64,000 bases of DNA from an uncultured Methanospirillum sp. (lineage in GTDB: Archaea; Halobacteriota; Methanomicrobia; Methanomicrobiales; Methanospirillaceae), in assembly GCA_963668475.1 (NCBI GenBank), contig OY764544.1, positions 3,407,986 to 3,471,985 of the forward strand, given 5' to 3'. Positions 38,160 through 49,700 of this stretch are shown here, one piece after another; the first letter of the stretch is position 1; each line of letters starts with the position of its first letter. The notes under the pieces are model-generated. The model saw nothing but the letters and a program-made list of their open reading frames with translations, was not told the DNA's origin and did not search any database. Made by a program: the position numbers and the translations under genes.

Positions 38160-38693
38160 TCATGTCTGTACACAGGGGACATAATAATCAAGGATAATAT
38201 TTCCGTTTTCATCAGGTTGCGTAAACCTGGGACAATTATATACTTCCATGCACCATACAGGGTTTTTACATGAGTATCCTATATCAGTTAATGCCTTTTC
38301 CATTAGGCTGTGAGCAGCAAAGCATACCTCCGGGGTTGATGTTCCCTGTATCCAGCCGATCCCAACTGTTGCAGGTTCAATCGTTCTTGAGACAAACCCA
38401 TCAACCTGGATGGTCAGGTCAGATTTCACAAGCATACCGCAGATGTAGGTAAATATCCCATTCTCTTCTGAGTAATCTGACATCCACCCGACATAGGCAT
38501 CATTGAAAAGGTACTCCTTGTGCTCCATCAGATGTTCAAATATGTCATCAGAAAAACATTCTTCCCAGAATTTAGGTATTGGATTCGTTTCAGGTGTATT
38601 GGGTACTGGTACAGTAATCTGTTTACCAAGTACATAGACTTCCGGAAACTCACACACTTCACATTTTATGATTTTTGCCATTTTTAATCCCAA
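38160..38693 (-). CDS. GyrI-like small-molecule (effector)-binding domain protein
   Basis: V.V.G......NPIPKFWEECF, FTYICGMLV, F.S.TI.PA.V..GWI.G and WCME.YNCPRFT.PD..G.IILDYY.PC; no HTH. Confidence 0.7.
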   Translation of the reverse strand: MGLKMAKIIKCEVCEFPEVYVLGKQITVPVPNTPETNPIPKFWEECFSDDIFEHLMEHKEYLFNDAYVGWMSDYSEENGIFTYICGMLVKSDLTIQVDGFVSRTIEPATVGIGWIQGTSTPEVCFAAHSLMEKALTDIGYSCKNPVWCMEVYNCPRFTQPDENGNIILDYYVPCVQT

Positions 38694-39087
38694 TATTAGA
38701 GAATTTTCAGAGTATCGTTACATGGCCTGACATATCAATATAATGGCAACTTCTACCCCGGTTTTTTTACCAGATACAATGTGAGATCAGTATTCATGGG
38801 CGTAATGTAAGAGTATTTCCCGGTACAGTCTCTCTCTGTTTGAAAATAATGCTGGAAGATCTTTGATGGGGAGAATCATGATACAATCAGGTTTTACCCG
38901 ATTATAACGGTAAAAAAACCTGTATGGCCGGTATGTGAAATAACTCTCATCATGACTCTGACAGGTGCATACACCTGATCTGATGGTGAGGCCTCTCGGT
39001 AACAGGAGGCCCTATCTCATGATTCAAATAGTCTCAACAAGATAACAAATGGATATCATTATTACCACAAAAAAGTGATGGATTAAT

Positions 39088-40578
39088 ATGGGTATATTGA
39101 CCATATCCCGCAAATTATCAGTGATAGCGCTTATTTTGGTGCTATCATGTATTTGTATCACAAATGCGGACAGTCAGATCTGGAACATTTCATATGTCAA
39201 GGAACACATCCCGGGTGACATGATAGTCTCTGAAAAGAGTATCGAGGAGATGTTTAATCCACAGGTTGTTCCATATGAAGATGATTCCTCCTTTATTCAT
39301 GCGCTATCCGGTGATGGATTCACTGTGCAGCAGGGCGCAATGGCCAAAGTGGATCTTGTAAAATATGCAGAGTTCGGATTGATTCCTGATGCAGAAGGGA
39401 ATAATGCTGATAATCCGTATTACAGTATTGCACTCCCGAGATCTCCCGGTCAGACTGTCATAAATGATAATGAGTGTCCGAATGGTCTGAGTAGAAATGT
39501 CCGGTTAAATCCGGATGAGGCAGTCGTCTTAATCGGGAAAACGCCATCAAATGTAACCTTCTATAACTTCCCGTTGTTTATGATCTACCGTACAATACAG
39601 TCGGAGAGGGCGTTTTTATTCGGTGGCCTTGGTGATACTATCAACATCGGATCAGTCAAGGAGCAGACTGGATCATCAGATGGATTGGGTGTCCCGATTA
39701 TGATCATCTATTCTGCAGACAAAACCGTTGCAGAAAAGGTGAAGTCTGTAGCCGAAGCATCAGGGTATCCTGAAAGTATGATCACCATCATGGAGATCCC
39801 GTCACCCATGGTTCACATGGGACTTGCTGAAGATGACGACTCTTTTGCCTGTGGTATCAGAACTGCTGTATTCAGCAGCCCTCAAGCAAAACAGGACTAC
39901 ATGGACAATATTAACACCATGGTGAGAGGGTACCGGATCACACCGAATACGTCAGGATCTCTCGACCCATTCCCGGTTAAGGACCTGAGAGTGAGAGGAA
40001 CCGGAACTACCGAATTCGATCTCCTCCCGGCGGTTTCAAGACTTCGTGATGCCATCATCGAGGCATACCCAAATTGTTCATACAAGGAACCTGAAACCGG
40101 TATCGCCTTCCCTGAAAGTTCACAGGTGCTGCAGAACAATGAGAAGGCTTATGGAGAGAGCAGGGATGCTGCATACCTTGGAAGCCAGAACTTTACACTT
40201 CAGCCCGGAGAGTTTGCCATATCGTACGGAGTGAATCATATGGCGAGTGGAAAGGCGATATACAGTAATGTCGTAGCCTATGGGGCCGAAAAACTTAACG
40301 GAGTCGCTTCTGCTGACAGTACGGCATATACCGGGTCTGCTTCACGATATCTCAAGGATGACCCTGATGCAGATAAATTGTATACATACACCATCACAAG
40401 AGCCAACTCGACCGAACCGTACACCCTGGTTATTCCACAGGGACCATACTTACAGGGGATTCCAGTAAACCAGAAGATGTGGATCGGATGGAGGGCATAC
40501 ATGGAAGAGGAGACAAATGTCGGCCCCACGTATCCAGAACTCGTATATGACAAGGTCATTGTATTTACCCCGAAATAA
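39088..40578 (+). CDS. Secreted hypothetical protein (496 aa)
   Basis: Long ORF with a signal peptide ending TNA and normal codon usage; no family recognised. Confidence 0.8.
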   Translation: MGILTISRKLSVIALILVLSCICITNADSQIWNISYVKEHIPGDMIVSEKSIEEMFNPQVVPYEDDSSFIHALSGDGFTVQQGAMAKVDLVKYAEFGLIPDAEGNNADNPYYSIALPRSPGQTVINDNECPNGLSRNVRLNPDEAVVLIGKTPSNVTFYNFPLFMIYRTIQSERAFLFGGLGDTINIGSVKEQTGSSDGLGVPIMIIYSADKTVAEKVKSVAEASGYPESMITIMEIPSPMVHMGLAEDDDSFACGIRTAVFSSPQAKQDYMDNINTMVRGYRITPNTSGSLDPFPVKDLRVRGTGTTEFDLLPAVSRLRDAIIEAYPNCSYKEPETGIAFPESSQVLQNNEKAYGESRDAAYLGSQNFTLQPGEFAISYGVNHMASGKAIYSNVVAYGAEKLNGVASADSTAYTGSASRYLKDDPDADKLYTYTITRANSTEPYTLVIPQGPYLQGIPVNQKMWIGWRAYMEEETNVGPTYPELVYDKVIVFTPK

Positions 40579-40613
40579 CTCTCCTTTCTCTCCTTCTTTT
40601 AGTTGCATAACCA

Positions 40614-40631
40614 GGGGTAATCGCTATCCTC
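40614..40631 (+). mobile_element. Solo right terminal inverted repeat of the IS5-family element
   Basis: GGGGTAATCGCTATCCTC versus GGGGTTAATCGCTATCCTC at 53641-53659 (one-base gap). Confidence 0.7.
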
Positions 40632-40701
40632 ATAAGAGGTTTCGTAGTTGTAATAATGTAATCAGATCTCAAAAAATGGCTTATTTTCTTGATTCTCTGG
40701 A

Positions 40702-41115
40702 TCACTCTTTTTTCAGATTGCATAATACAGAGAAGTTATCTGTTTCATCAACAAGAAGGACAAGTTCCATACGGTCAGGTGAGAGAAGATACCCTGTATC
40801 CTGTCCGGTCCCGTATTCGGCAATATGAAGCGTCTTCATATCATGGGCAATGACACCTGAAAACCGGTATTCCCTGGTCGGGTCTACCCCTGATACGATG
40901 AGTGTTCCGTTAAAAATTCTGCCTTCCTGCTGCCCGATGCTGAGGATATACTGATAATCACCTGCGTGAAAATATCCTGGTTCTGAATGAAATCCTTCAG
41001 ACGTTCCGGTCCAGTTCCCAACCAGGTCTGGAATCGAAGACTCATCAGCCATTCCTCCTGTAGTTCCAACTCCCATTATAAGCAGAAGGACCATCATAAC
41101 CCTGATTTTGATCAT
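40702..41115 (-). CDS. Secreted hypothetical protein, paralog of 13427..13846
   Basis: Signal peptide; IPDLVGNWTG...FSGVIAHDMKTLHIAEYGTGQD. Confidence 0.75.
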   Translation of the reverse strand: MIKIRVMMVLLLIMGVGTTGGMADESSIPDLVGNWTGTSEGFHSEPGYFHAGDYQYILSIGQQEGRIFNGTLIVSGVDPTREYRFSGVIAHDMKTLHIAEYGTGQDTGYLLSPDRMELVLLVDETDNFSVLCNLKKE

Positions 41116-41283
41116 AGAAGATAATAGGTGATATCTGACATAATAATGTCGAAATCCGCTCGATCATCCAAATGTCCTGTATTATACATTGCTTGCGTCT
41201 GGCACCAGAATGGACCGGGTGGCTGATTAATCCTGAGTACTCCTGGTTTCGCAATAAGACCCTTATTTTTCTTTGAATCTGAT

Positions 41284-41387
41284 CTCCATACGCTTGTTGA
41301 TAAGGAAACTAAAATAATTAGAGAGTTTGCAATAACTATGAGCAAGTTACCAAATCTGATCTTTAGGTGGGTTTAATCGCCATCCTC
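41284..41387 (+). mobile_element. Internally deleted IS5-family remnant (transposase fragment joined to a right end)
   Basis: LHTLVDKETKIIREFAIT is 13/18 identical to LHTIVDKETQLIRRFATT of the intact transposase (from 53136). It ends TTAATCGCCATCCTC and is followed by TTAA. Confidence 0.8.
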
Positions 41388-41527
41388 TTAAGAATATACA
41401 ATTTTTGTTCAAATAGGAAGAGATGTATACTTGAGCCACTAATGCAAGGTACTCTGATCTGCTTTTACAAAATTTATTTGATCATAATATTTTTTAAACC
41501 CAGATATCAGGGCGAATAGGTGAAACT

Positions 41528-41662
41528 ATGAGTCATGATAAAAAGAAAGCCAAAAAAGTAATTGGTCAGGCACAAGTGGTTGCAGAGTCAGTAAATCCTG
41601 AAAAAATTTCAGTCCCTGACATTAAAAGTAGTTCTAAAGGGCAATCAAGATCAAAAAAATGA
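41528..41662 (+). CDS. 44-aa Lys/Ser-rich small protein (below the ORF-track cutoff)
   Basis: MSHDKKKAKKVIGQAQVVAESVNPEKISVPDIKSSSKGQSRSKK*, with an AGGTGA RBS just upstream. Confidence 0.55.
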   Translation: MSHDKKKAKKVIGQAQVVAESVNPEKISVPDIKSSSKGQSRSKK

Positions 41663-41877
41663 TAATTCAAACCACAGTAACATTAACCATTTAATTATTT
41701 TTATTTTCTTATTTTTCCGTTTTTTTCGTATGTAAGCGCAGATCGGAAAGTATGAATGTAGTTTCAAAACCTCCGCAGTATTCCCTTGTTTGATCAGTAT
41801 ATTACCCTTACTGAGTAGAGGATCAACGGTACTGGTTGGAATAATTGGATTTATTTTCTAGATTCTAACCACACATA

Positions 41878-41920
41878 TTTATAGAACTATAAGTCAATGC
41901 TAACTCACTATCGGGGAGGT
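41878..41920 (+). promoter_or_regulatory. Probable thermosome promoter (TTTATA) and RBS (GGAGGT)
   Basis: TTTATA at 41878-41883, GGAGGT at 41915-41920, ATG at 41927. Confidence 0.45.
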
Positions 41921-41926
41921 TCAATA

Positions 41927-43558
41927 ATGTCAACACAACTTGGTGGGCAGCCGATTTATATTCTTAAACAAGGCAGTTCCCGGAACCGGGGCCGTGATGC
42001 TCAAAGTATGAATATCACCGCTGCAAAGGCGGTTGCTAATGCGGTCCGTACTACACTTGGCCCGAAAGGGATGGATAAAATGCTTGTCGATTCGATAGGC
42101 GATGTGGTCATCACCAACGATGGATTTACTATCCTCAGTGAGATGGACATTGAACAACCGGCAGCGAAGATGATGGTGGAGATCGCGAAAACTCAGGACA
42201 CTGAAGTTGGCGATGGTACCACCACTGCGGTTGTTATTGCTGGAGAACTTCTCAAGCGTTCCGAAGACCTCATAGAACTTGGAATCCACCCGACTGTTAT
42301 CGTGCAGGGCTACCGGATGGCATCCGAGAAAGCCCAGGATATCCTCAAGGGTTTGGCGATATCAATGAAACCATCTGATACCGGCATACTTAAAAAGATA
42401 GCAGAGACAGCTATGGCTGGGAAAGGTTCAGAATCTGCAAATCTTTTACTCTGTGATCTTGTTTCAACGGCTGTTACCCGTGTCTCCGATTCAGATGGCT
42501 CGGTGGATATTGATAATATCAAGATTGAGAAAAAAGTTGGCGGGTCGATTGAAGACTCAGAAATTATCATGGGTATCGTTCTTGAAAAAGAGAGAGTCCA
42601 CCCGGGTATGCCTACAAAAATTACCAAAGCAAAAATTCTGCTTTTAAACGTTGGAGTTGAGTATAAAAAAACAGAAGTTGACGCTGAGATAACGATCACC
42701 CGGCCTGATCAGATGCAGGCCTTCATAAACGAAGAAGAACGGATGATCAAGAAGATTGCTGATGCGATTATCAAAACCGGAGCTAATGTGGTTATTAGTC
42801 AGAAGGCAATTGAAGACACAGCTCAGCATCAACTTGCAAAGGCTGGAATATTAGCTATCAGGCGGGTCAAAGGCAGTGACATGGACAAACTGGCTCTGGC
42901 TACCGGTGCTACCATTGTTTCAAGTATTGATGAAATATCTGTTAAAGAACTTGGATTTGCCGGGATAGTCGAGGAGCGAAAGATTCTGGGAGATGATATG
43001 ATTTTTATTGAGGAATGTAAAAACCCCAAAGCAGTCTCTATCATCATTCGCGGAGGAACAGAACATGTCATTGCAGAATATGGCCGTGCCATAGAAGATG
43101 CCGTTCGGGTAGTTTCCACTGTTCTTGAGGATAAGAAATTTGTTGCCGGTGGTGGTGCTCCTGAAATTGAGTTGTCTCTCCGTCTCAGGGAATACGGGTC
43201 TTCAGTAGGGGGTCGTGCCCAACTTGCTATCGAAGCCTTTGCTGCGTCGCTTGAGATTATTCCCCGGACTCTTGCAGAAAATGCAGGTCTTGACCCGATT
43301 GATATGATTGTTGCATTACGTGCTGCTCATGAGAAGGGTGAGACAACTTCCGGTCTGAATGTTTTCGAAGGAAAACCCGTGGATATGCTCAAAGAAGGAG
43401 TCATTGAGCCACTCCGGGTTAAAATCCAGGCCATTGTGAGTGCAACAGAAGCAGCAGGTATGATACTGAGAATTGATGATATTATCAAATCTGCAAAATC
43501 AGCAGCTCCGGCAATGCCACCGGGTGGTATGGGGGAGATGGGCGGAATGGGGATGTAA
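41927..43558 (+). CDS. ths: Thermosome subunit (group II chaperonin)
   Basis: [54 protein letters not shown] and a C-terminal GGM-repeat tail. Confidence 0.97.
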   Translation: MSTQLGGQPIYILKQGSSRNRGRDAQSMNITAAKAVANAVRTTLGPKGMDKMLVDSIGDVVITNDGFTILSEMDIEQPAAKMMVEIAKTQDTEVGDGTTTAVVIAGELLKRSEDLIELGIHPTVIVQGYRMASEKAQDILKGLAISMKPSDTGILKKIAETAMAGKGSESANLLLCDLVSTAVTRVSDSDGSVDIDNIKIEKKVGGSIEDSEIIMGIVLEKERVHPGMPTKITKAKILLLNVGVEYKKTEVDAEITITRPDQMQAFINEEERMIKKIADAIIKTGANVVISQKAIEDTAQHQLAKAGILAIRRVKGSDMDKLALATGATIVSSIDEISVKELGFAGIVEERKILGDDMIFIEECKNPKAVSIIIRGGTEHVIAEYGRAIEDAVRVVSTVLEDKKFVAGGGAPEIELSLRLREYGSSVGGRAQLAIEAFAASLEIIPRTLAENAGLDPIDMIVALRAAHEKGETTSGLNVFEGKPVDMLKEGVIEPLRVKIQAIVSATEAAGMILRIDDIIKSAKSAAPAMPPGGMGEMGGMGM

Positions 43559-43750
43559 CTAGTCTCTCTATCAAAATTTACCTTTGTTTTGGTTCAAATT
43601 TGATCAATCCTATTTTCAATTTTTATTTTTGATCACAAGGTATAAGGAGAAGTAAACCTTCTCTCTATCCTAATAATAGAATAATTTTTTTATTTTTTGA
43701 TTTTTGGTTGTTTTTTCGAAAAATTGGAAAAATCGGGGAATTAAGAGGCG

Positions 43751-46700
43751 TTGAAAAAAATTTTTGTTTCTAGAAAAGAACATACGGATAAACTTTCGAA
43801 TCGCGAACAGATTGATAGGGGCCCCCTTCGTGACGAGCTCTTTAGCAGGGATCAACTGGAGAAGCATGCAAAGGAAATTGCAGGGTGCTATCGGGTTGAT
43901 ACCAGAAAAGGGGAGGATCGCCTTCTTCCACGACTTACCGATAATGAGCAGGTCCTGCTAAAAACTCACAAACTCCTCAATACTGTTATAGAAGAAAATT
44001 CTCCGGTTGCTCCTGCAGGTGAATGGCTCCTCGATAATTTTTACCTTGTTGAGGAGCAGATCAGAACCGCTCGTCTGCACCTTCCTGAAGAATACAGCAA
44101 AGAGCTTCCCCACCTCGCGAACGGACCGCTGGAAGGATATCCAAGGGTCTATCATATTGCACGAGAACTCATAGCCCACAGTGACGGCAGGATAGATACC
44201 GAAAACCTCTTTGCTTTTATCGATGCGTATCAACAGGTCACTCCTCTCAAACTTGGTGAACTCTGGGCAATTCCGATCATGTTCAGACTCGCGTTGATCG
44301 AGAATCTACGCAGAGTAGCCGACATTATATCTGAAAACCGGTCTGATCGCGATTCTGCCAATTACTGGGTGGATCGCATGACCCGAATGGCACAGCATGA
44401 TCCAAAAAGTCTCATTCTTGTAATAGCTGATATGGCCCGGTCGGATCCACCCCTGACCAGTGCATTTGTTGCTGAGATGTCACGCCAGTTACAGGGAAGT
44501 TCTGGTCCTCTATTATTTGCTCTTTCATGGATAGAGCAGCGGTTATCTGAAAAAAATCAGACCCCTGAACAGATGATCAGTGCAGAGATCCAGGCTCAGG
44601 CCGCTGATCAGGTCTCTTTTGGGAACAGCATAAGCAGCCTCCGCCTTCTTGATACAAGTGACTGGCGAACTTTTGTAGAACGGCTGAGTATTGTTGAGCA
44701 TACCCTTCGCAGTGATCCGGCAGATGAATATGCAGATATGGATTTTGAGACCCGGGACCGGTATCGCCATGTGGTTGAGGAGATTGCGAGGAATGGCGGG
44801 ATATCGGAAGATCTGGTTGCAGAAAAAGCGGTAGAACTTGCATCACTGGCCCGAAGCAGAGACAAGCAGAACGGAAGGGAGTCCCATCTTGGCTATTATC
44901 TGATAGATGACGGGAGGGAAGCACTGGAGAACGCACTTCTGTATCATGCTTCTGGTATCAGCCAGATCAAGAGATCTGGACTGGCTCATTTCTTTCCCCT
45001 CTATATCGGTGGTATCGTATCCATCACCCTCCTTGTTCTTTATGTTGTATTATCCAGATTCATCTTCTTAGACTGGTTCATTACTCTTCCGATTCTGATA
45101 CTGCTTCTATTTCCTGTCAGTCAGGCAGCAATGAACGTGATGAACTGGGCATGTACCCTGTTTTTCACGCCGGTCTCTCTTCCTAAGATGGACTATTCAA
45201 AAGGGATCCCGGGCAACAGAAGAACTGTCGTGGTTATTCCGACGGTTCTTTCAGGATTTTCAGATATTTCAAAGCTTCTTGATTCACTTGAGGTCAGATT
45301 TCTCGCAAATAAGGAGAAAAATCTCTACTTTACTCTACTTACTGATCTCAAAAATGCCCCTGCAGCACAGATGCCTGAAGATGAAAAACTGGTATCCCTG
45401 CTTTCGAGTGGGATTGAAAACCTGAATGAGAAATACCGGGAAGAAAACCCTGATACCTTTTTTCTCATGCACCGGAACCGTACCTACAGCCCGGGTGAAC
45501 GGATATTCATGGGATACGAACGGAAGAGAGGAATTCTCGAAGCGTTCAGTACCTTCCTGTCAGATCCCAAAGAAAATCAGTTCTCTCATGTCGCCGGCAA
45601 TCCTGATGTTCTTACTGATATCACATACGTGATAACGTTAGATACTGATACAGATCTCCCGAGAAATAGTGCACGAACTCTTATCGGAACGATTGCACAT
45701 CCCCTGAACAGGCCACAGATTGATCCAGAAATCCGGGTGATCAAAAAGGGATACGGAATTCTTCAGCCGCGTGTTGCAATCTCACTCTCTGAGTCAGGAA
45801 TTTCCCGGTTTGTATCACTCTTCGGTGGAGAACAAGGGATAGATCCGTATACCCGTGTCGTATCAGATCTGTACCAGGATGTATTCCATGAAGGATCGTT
45901 TATTGGAAAAGGGATCTATGATCTCGAAACATTTTCCCTGGCAGTGAAAGGCAGGTTTCCGGAAAACCTCATCTTAAGCCATGATCTTCTGGAAGGCTGC
46001 TATGCCAGGACAGGTCTTGTCAGTGATGTACAGGTCTTTGAAGAATATCCTATCAGTTATCTGACTGATATCATCCGGAGACACCGGTGGATTAGAGGCG
46101 ACTGGCAGATTCTCCCCTGGATTTTTTCATCTGTTCCTGACAGTTCATTTAAGAAACAGCAAAATCCCCTCTCTCTTCTCTCGCGGTGGAAGATCTTTGA
46201 TAATCTGAGAAGAAGCCTGATAGCCCCTGTTACCTTTCTCCTGTTTCTTCTTTCATGGACTATTCTAGAGGATTCACTCTTCTGGACTGGGTTTATCATA
46301 TCACTCTTCCTGATTCCCCCAGTAATCATTGTAACTCAAAAAATCATCCGAAAGCCTGGAGAGCATACCTGGAGGATGCATATCCATGATATGGGCCATG
46401 ATCTCCGGGTTCAGATTGCTGTCCCGCTGCTCACCCTTGCTTTCCTCCCCTTTGAAGCATACATCTCTCTTGATGCCATTGTTCGCTCCTGCTGGCGGAT
46501 GACGATCTCTCATCAGAACCTGCTTGAATGGACTACCCACCAGGAAGCAGGACAAATGGGCGTCTCTGATGTTTCAAGTTCATATCGTATTATGTGGCCT
46601 GCACCGGTTATCGGTGCAACATTATTCTTACTCGCAGGCATACTGCCTGTATCTTTCACTTTGTGCTGCATTCCTTTTGCCTGTGCATGGATCCTCTCCC

Positions 46701-49700
46701 CTATAGCAGCCTGGTGGATAAGCCAGCCGATAATATCCCGTACACTACCCCTTTCTCCTGAACAGAACCGATATTTGAGAAGAATTGCACGCAAAACATG
46801 GCGGTTTTTTGAGACTTTTGTCACCGCTGAAGATCATCATCTCCCCCCTGACAACTACCAGGAACAACCGGTTGAGGTTGTTGCTCACCGAACCTCTCCA
46901 ACAGACATCGGCCTTTCTCTCCTTGCAAATCTTACCGCCTATGACTTTGGTTACATTTCTGCTGGTGAGTTTTTGGATCGTACTCACAGTACCCTGACAA
47001 CCATGGGGAAACTGAAGAGATTCCGTGGTCATTTCTACAACTGGTATGACACGATAACATTAGAGCCCCTGCTTCCCAGGTACATCTCCACGGTTGATAG
47101 CGGTAATCTGGTCGGTGATCTGCTGGTGTTACGGCAGGGACTCTATGAACTTCCTGATCTGTCGGTTATTTCACAAAAATATTCCGAAGGGCTCTCTGAT
47201 GTGCTTCATCTCCTCATCGATGCACTGAAAGCGTCTGAAGAGAGCATGGGAGAAGTTCCGGTTCTTGTTCTATCAAAAATTGCGGATCTGAAGGAATCTT
47301 TGTTCCATATACCGGAAACGGCTCCCGAAATCAACCATTCTCTTTCTGATTTAAATGAGATGTCATCAGATCTTCTGGCTGAACTCTGTTCACATCCTGA
47401 TGAAGAAGTCAGGTGGTGGGCAGATGCAACCCGGCGACAGATAAAGAGTCATGAGGCTGAAGTAACCTCCTTTATTTCATGGGTATCCACCGGTTCTCAT
47501 CCTGACACGGTCTTCGATGAGATTCCTGCAGAACTTTCGCCCTCTCTCGCCCTTTTTCTGAAAAAATATGAGTCTCTGAGCAACCACATTCCAACATTTA
47601 GAGAAGAAGCTGATATCATAGAGGTTTTCCAACGTGATCTTGCTCCATTATTGGAGTGGGTTGCTACAGATAAAACTCCAGCCAATACGTCAGGTACCGG
47701 GTACCAATGGCTTGTTCGGACTATGGAAGAGATGCAAATCTCAAGTAAACGTGCCAAAGATCTCCTTTTGATGGTATCAAATCTTGCTGATGAATGTGAA
47801 ACATACTCCGATATTGAGTATGAGTTTCTGTATGATCAAACCAGCAAACTTCTTGCCATCGGGTATAATGCAACAGATCTCAAACGTGATGCCAGTTTTT
47901 ATGATCTCCTGGCATCTGAAGCACGACTTGCCAGTTTTATCGGAATTGCCAGGGGAGACCTTCCCCAGGAGCACTGGTTTGCGTTAGGACGGCTGCTCAC
48001 GACCGTTGGAAAGGGAAGATCAACGCTCATCTCCTGGAGTGGTTCGATGTTTGAATACCTTATGCCACTCCTTCTGATGCCAAATTATGAGAATACTCTT
48101 CTGGATCGCACCTACCGTGCTGTGGTTACCAGGCAGATCGAATATGGAAGACAGAGGAATGTTCCATGGGGGATATCAGAATCAGGCTATAATATCATTG
48201 ATGCAAGCCAGAACTACCAGTACCGTGCATTCGGAGTTCCGGGGCTTGGATTTAAGCGTGGTCTTTCTGAAGATCTGGTCATTGCTCCCTATGCTAGTGT
48301 GATGGGTCTGATGGTTCATCCATCGTTAACCTATATGAATCTGAAGGAGATGGAATCGCTTGGATATTCAGGGACATACGGGTTTTATGAAGCTGTTGAC
48401 TTTACCCCTTCACGAATTCCTCCAGGCCAGAATCATACAATCGTGAAATCCTTCATGGTACATCACCAGGGGATGGCTCTGCTCTCGCTTGCGTATATCC
48501 TTCTTAATCGCCCGATGCAAAGGCGATTTGAATCTGATCCATCCCTTAAGGCAACCCTGATGCTTCTTCAGGAGAAGATGCCCCGAATTACTCCCTTCTA
48601 TCCACATACCGGTGATGTGCAGGGTGTTCATAAGAAGAATGGGGATGCGGAGTCACTCATGCGAATCTTTCAGACTGCACATACACCACGACCTGAAGTA
48701 CACCTTCTCTCGAACGGGCATTACCATGTGATGGTAAATAATAGCGGATCGGGATATAGCAGATGGAACGATCTTGCGGTAACCAGGTGGCGGGAAGATC
48801 CGACCGCAGACAACTTGGGAACCTTCTGTTACATCAGGGATCTTGCAAGTGGAGAGTTCTGGTCAAATGGGTATCAGCCCACAAAAAAGAATCCCGAAAC
48901 CTTTCAAACGACATTTAAACAGGCACGTGCTGAATTCAGAAGACGTGACCGGGAGTTTGATACCCGTACAGAGATCATCGTTTCTCCTGAAGATGATGTG
49001 GAACTTCGACGAATACGGGTAACAAACCGGTCATGGAAACGAAGGACTCTGGAATTTACCAGTTATGCTGAAGTGGTCCTGGCTCCTCAGACATCTGATG
49101 AATCACATCCGGCATTCAGTAACCTGTTTGTTCAGACTGAACTTCTTCAGGAGAAGAATGCAATCATAGCCACAAGAAGGCCACGATCAGAGGATGAAAA
49201 GCCGCCATGGATGCTTCATCTCATGACTGTTCATGGCACCGTGGTTCGAAAGATCTCATTCGAGACAGTCAGGGCTAATTTTATCGGGAGGACAAATTCT
49301 CTCTCAAATCCTGCTGCCATGACTGATTCATCTGTCCTTTCAAACTCATCAGGTTCTGTGCTTGATCCCGTGGTTGCGATCAGATGTACTATCATACTGG
49401 ATCCACAGGAGACTGCAGGGGTGAATATTTTCACCGGAGTTAGTGAGAGCCGGGATAAATCGGTCGCCCTTGTTGACAAGTATTATGACAGTTACATCGC
49501 TGATCGTGTCTCCGAGCTTGCCTGGACACATGCTCAGGTTGTACTCAAACAATTGAATGCAACAGAGAGGGATGCCCGACTGTTTGGGAGTCTTGCTTCA
49601 TCGATTATCTATGCTCATCCTTCGCGTAGGGCGAGCCAGAAGGTACTGGAAAAGAACTCCCGTGGGCAGTCAGGTCTGTGGGGGTATGGAATATCAGGAG

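Noticed and set aside
41865-41904. CTAAC words flanking the thermosome TATA box as heat-shock regulator half-sites
   Set aside because: They are direct 5-mers, not the palindromic arrangement, and are likely by chance.
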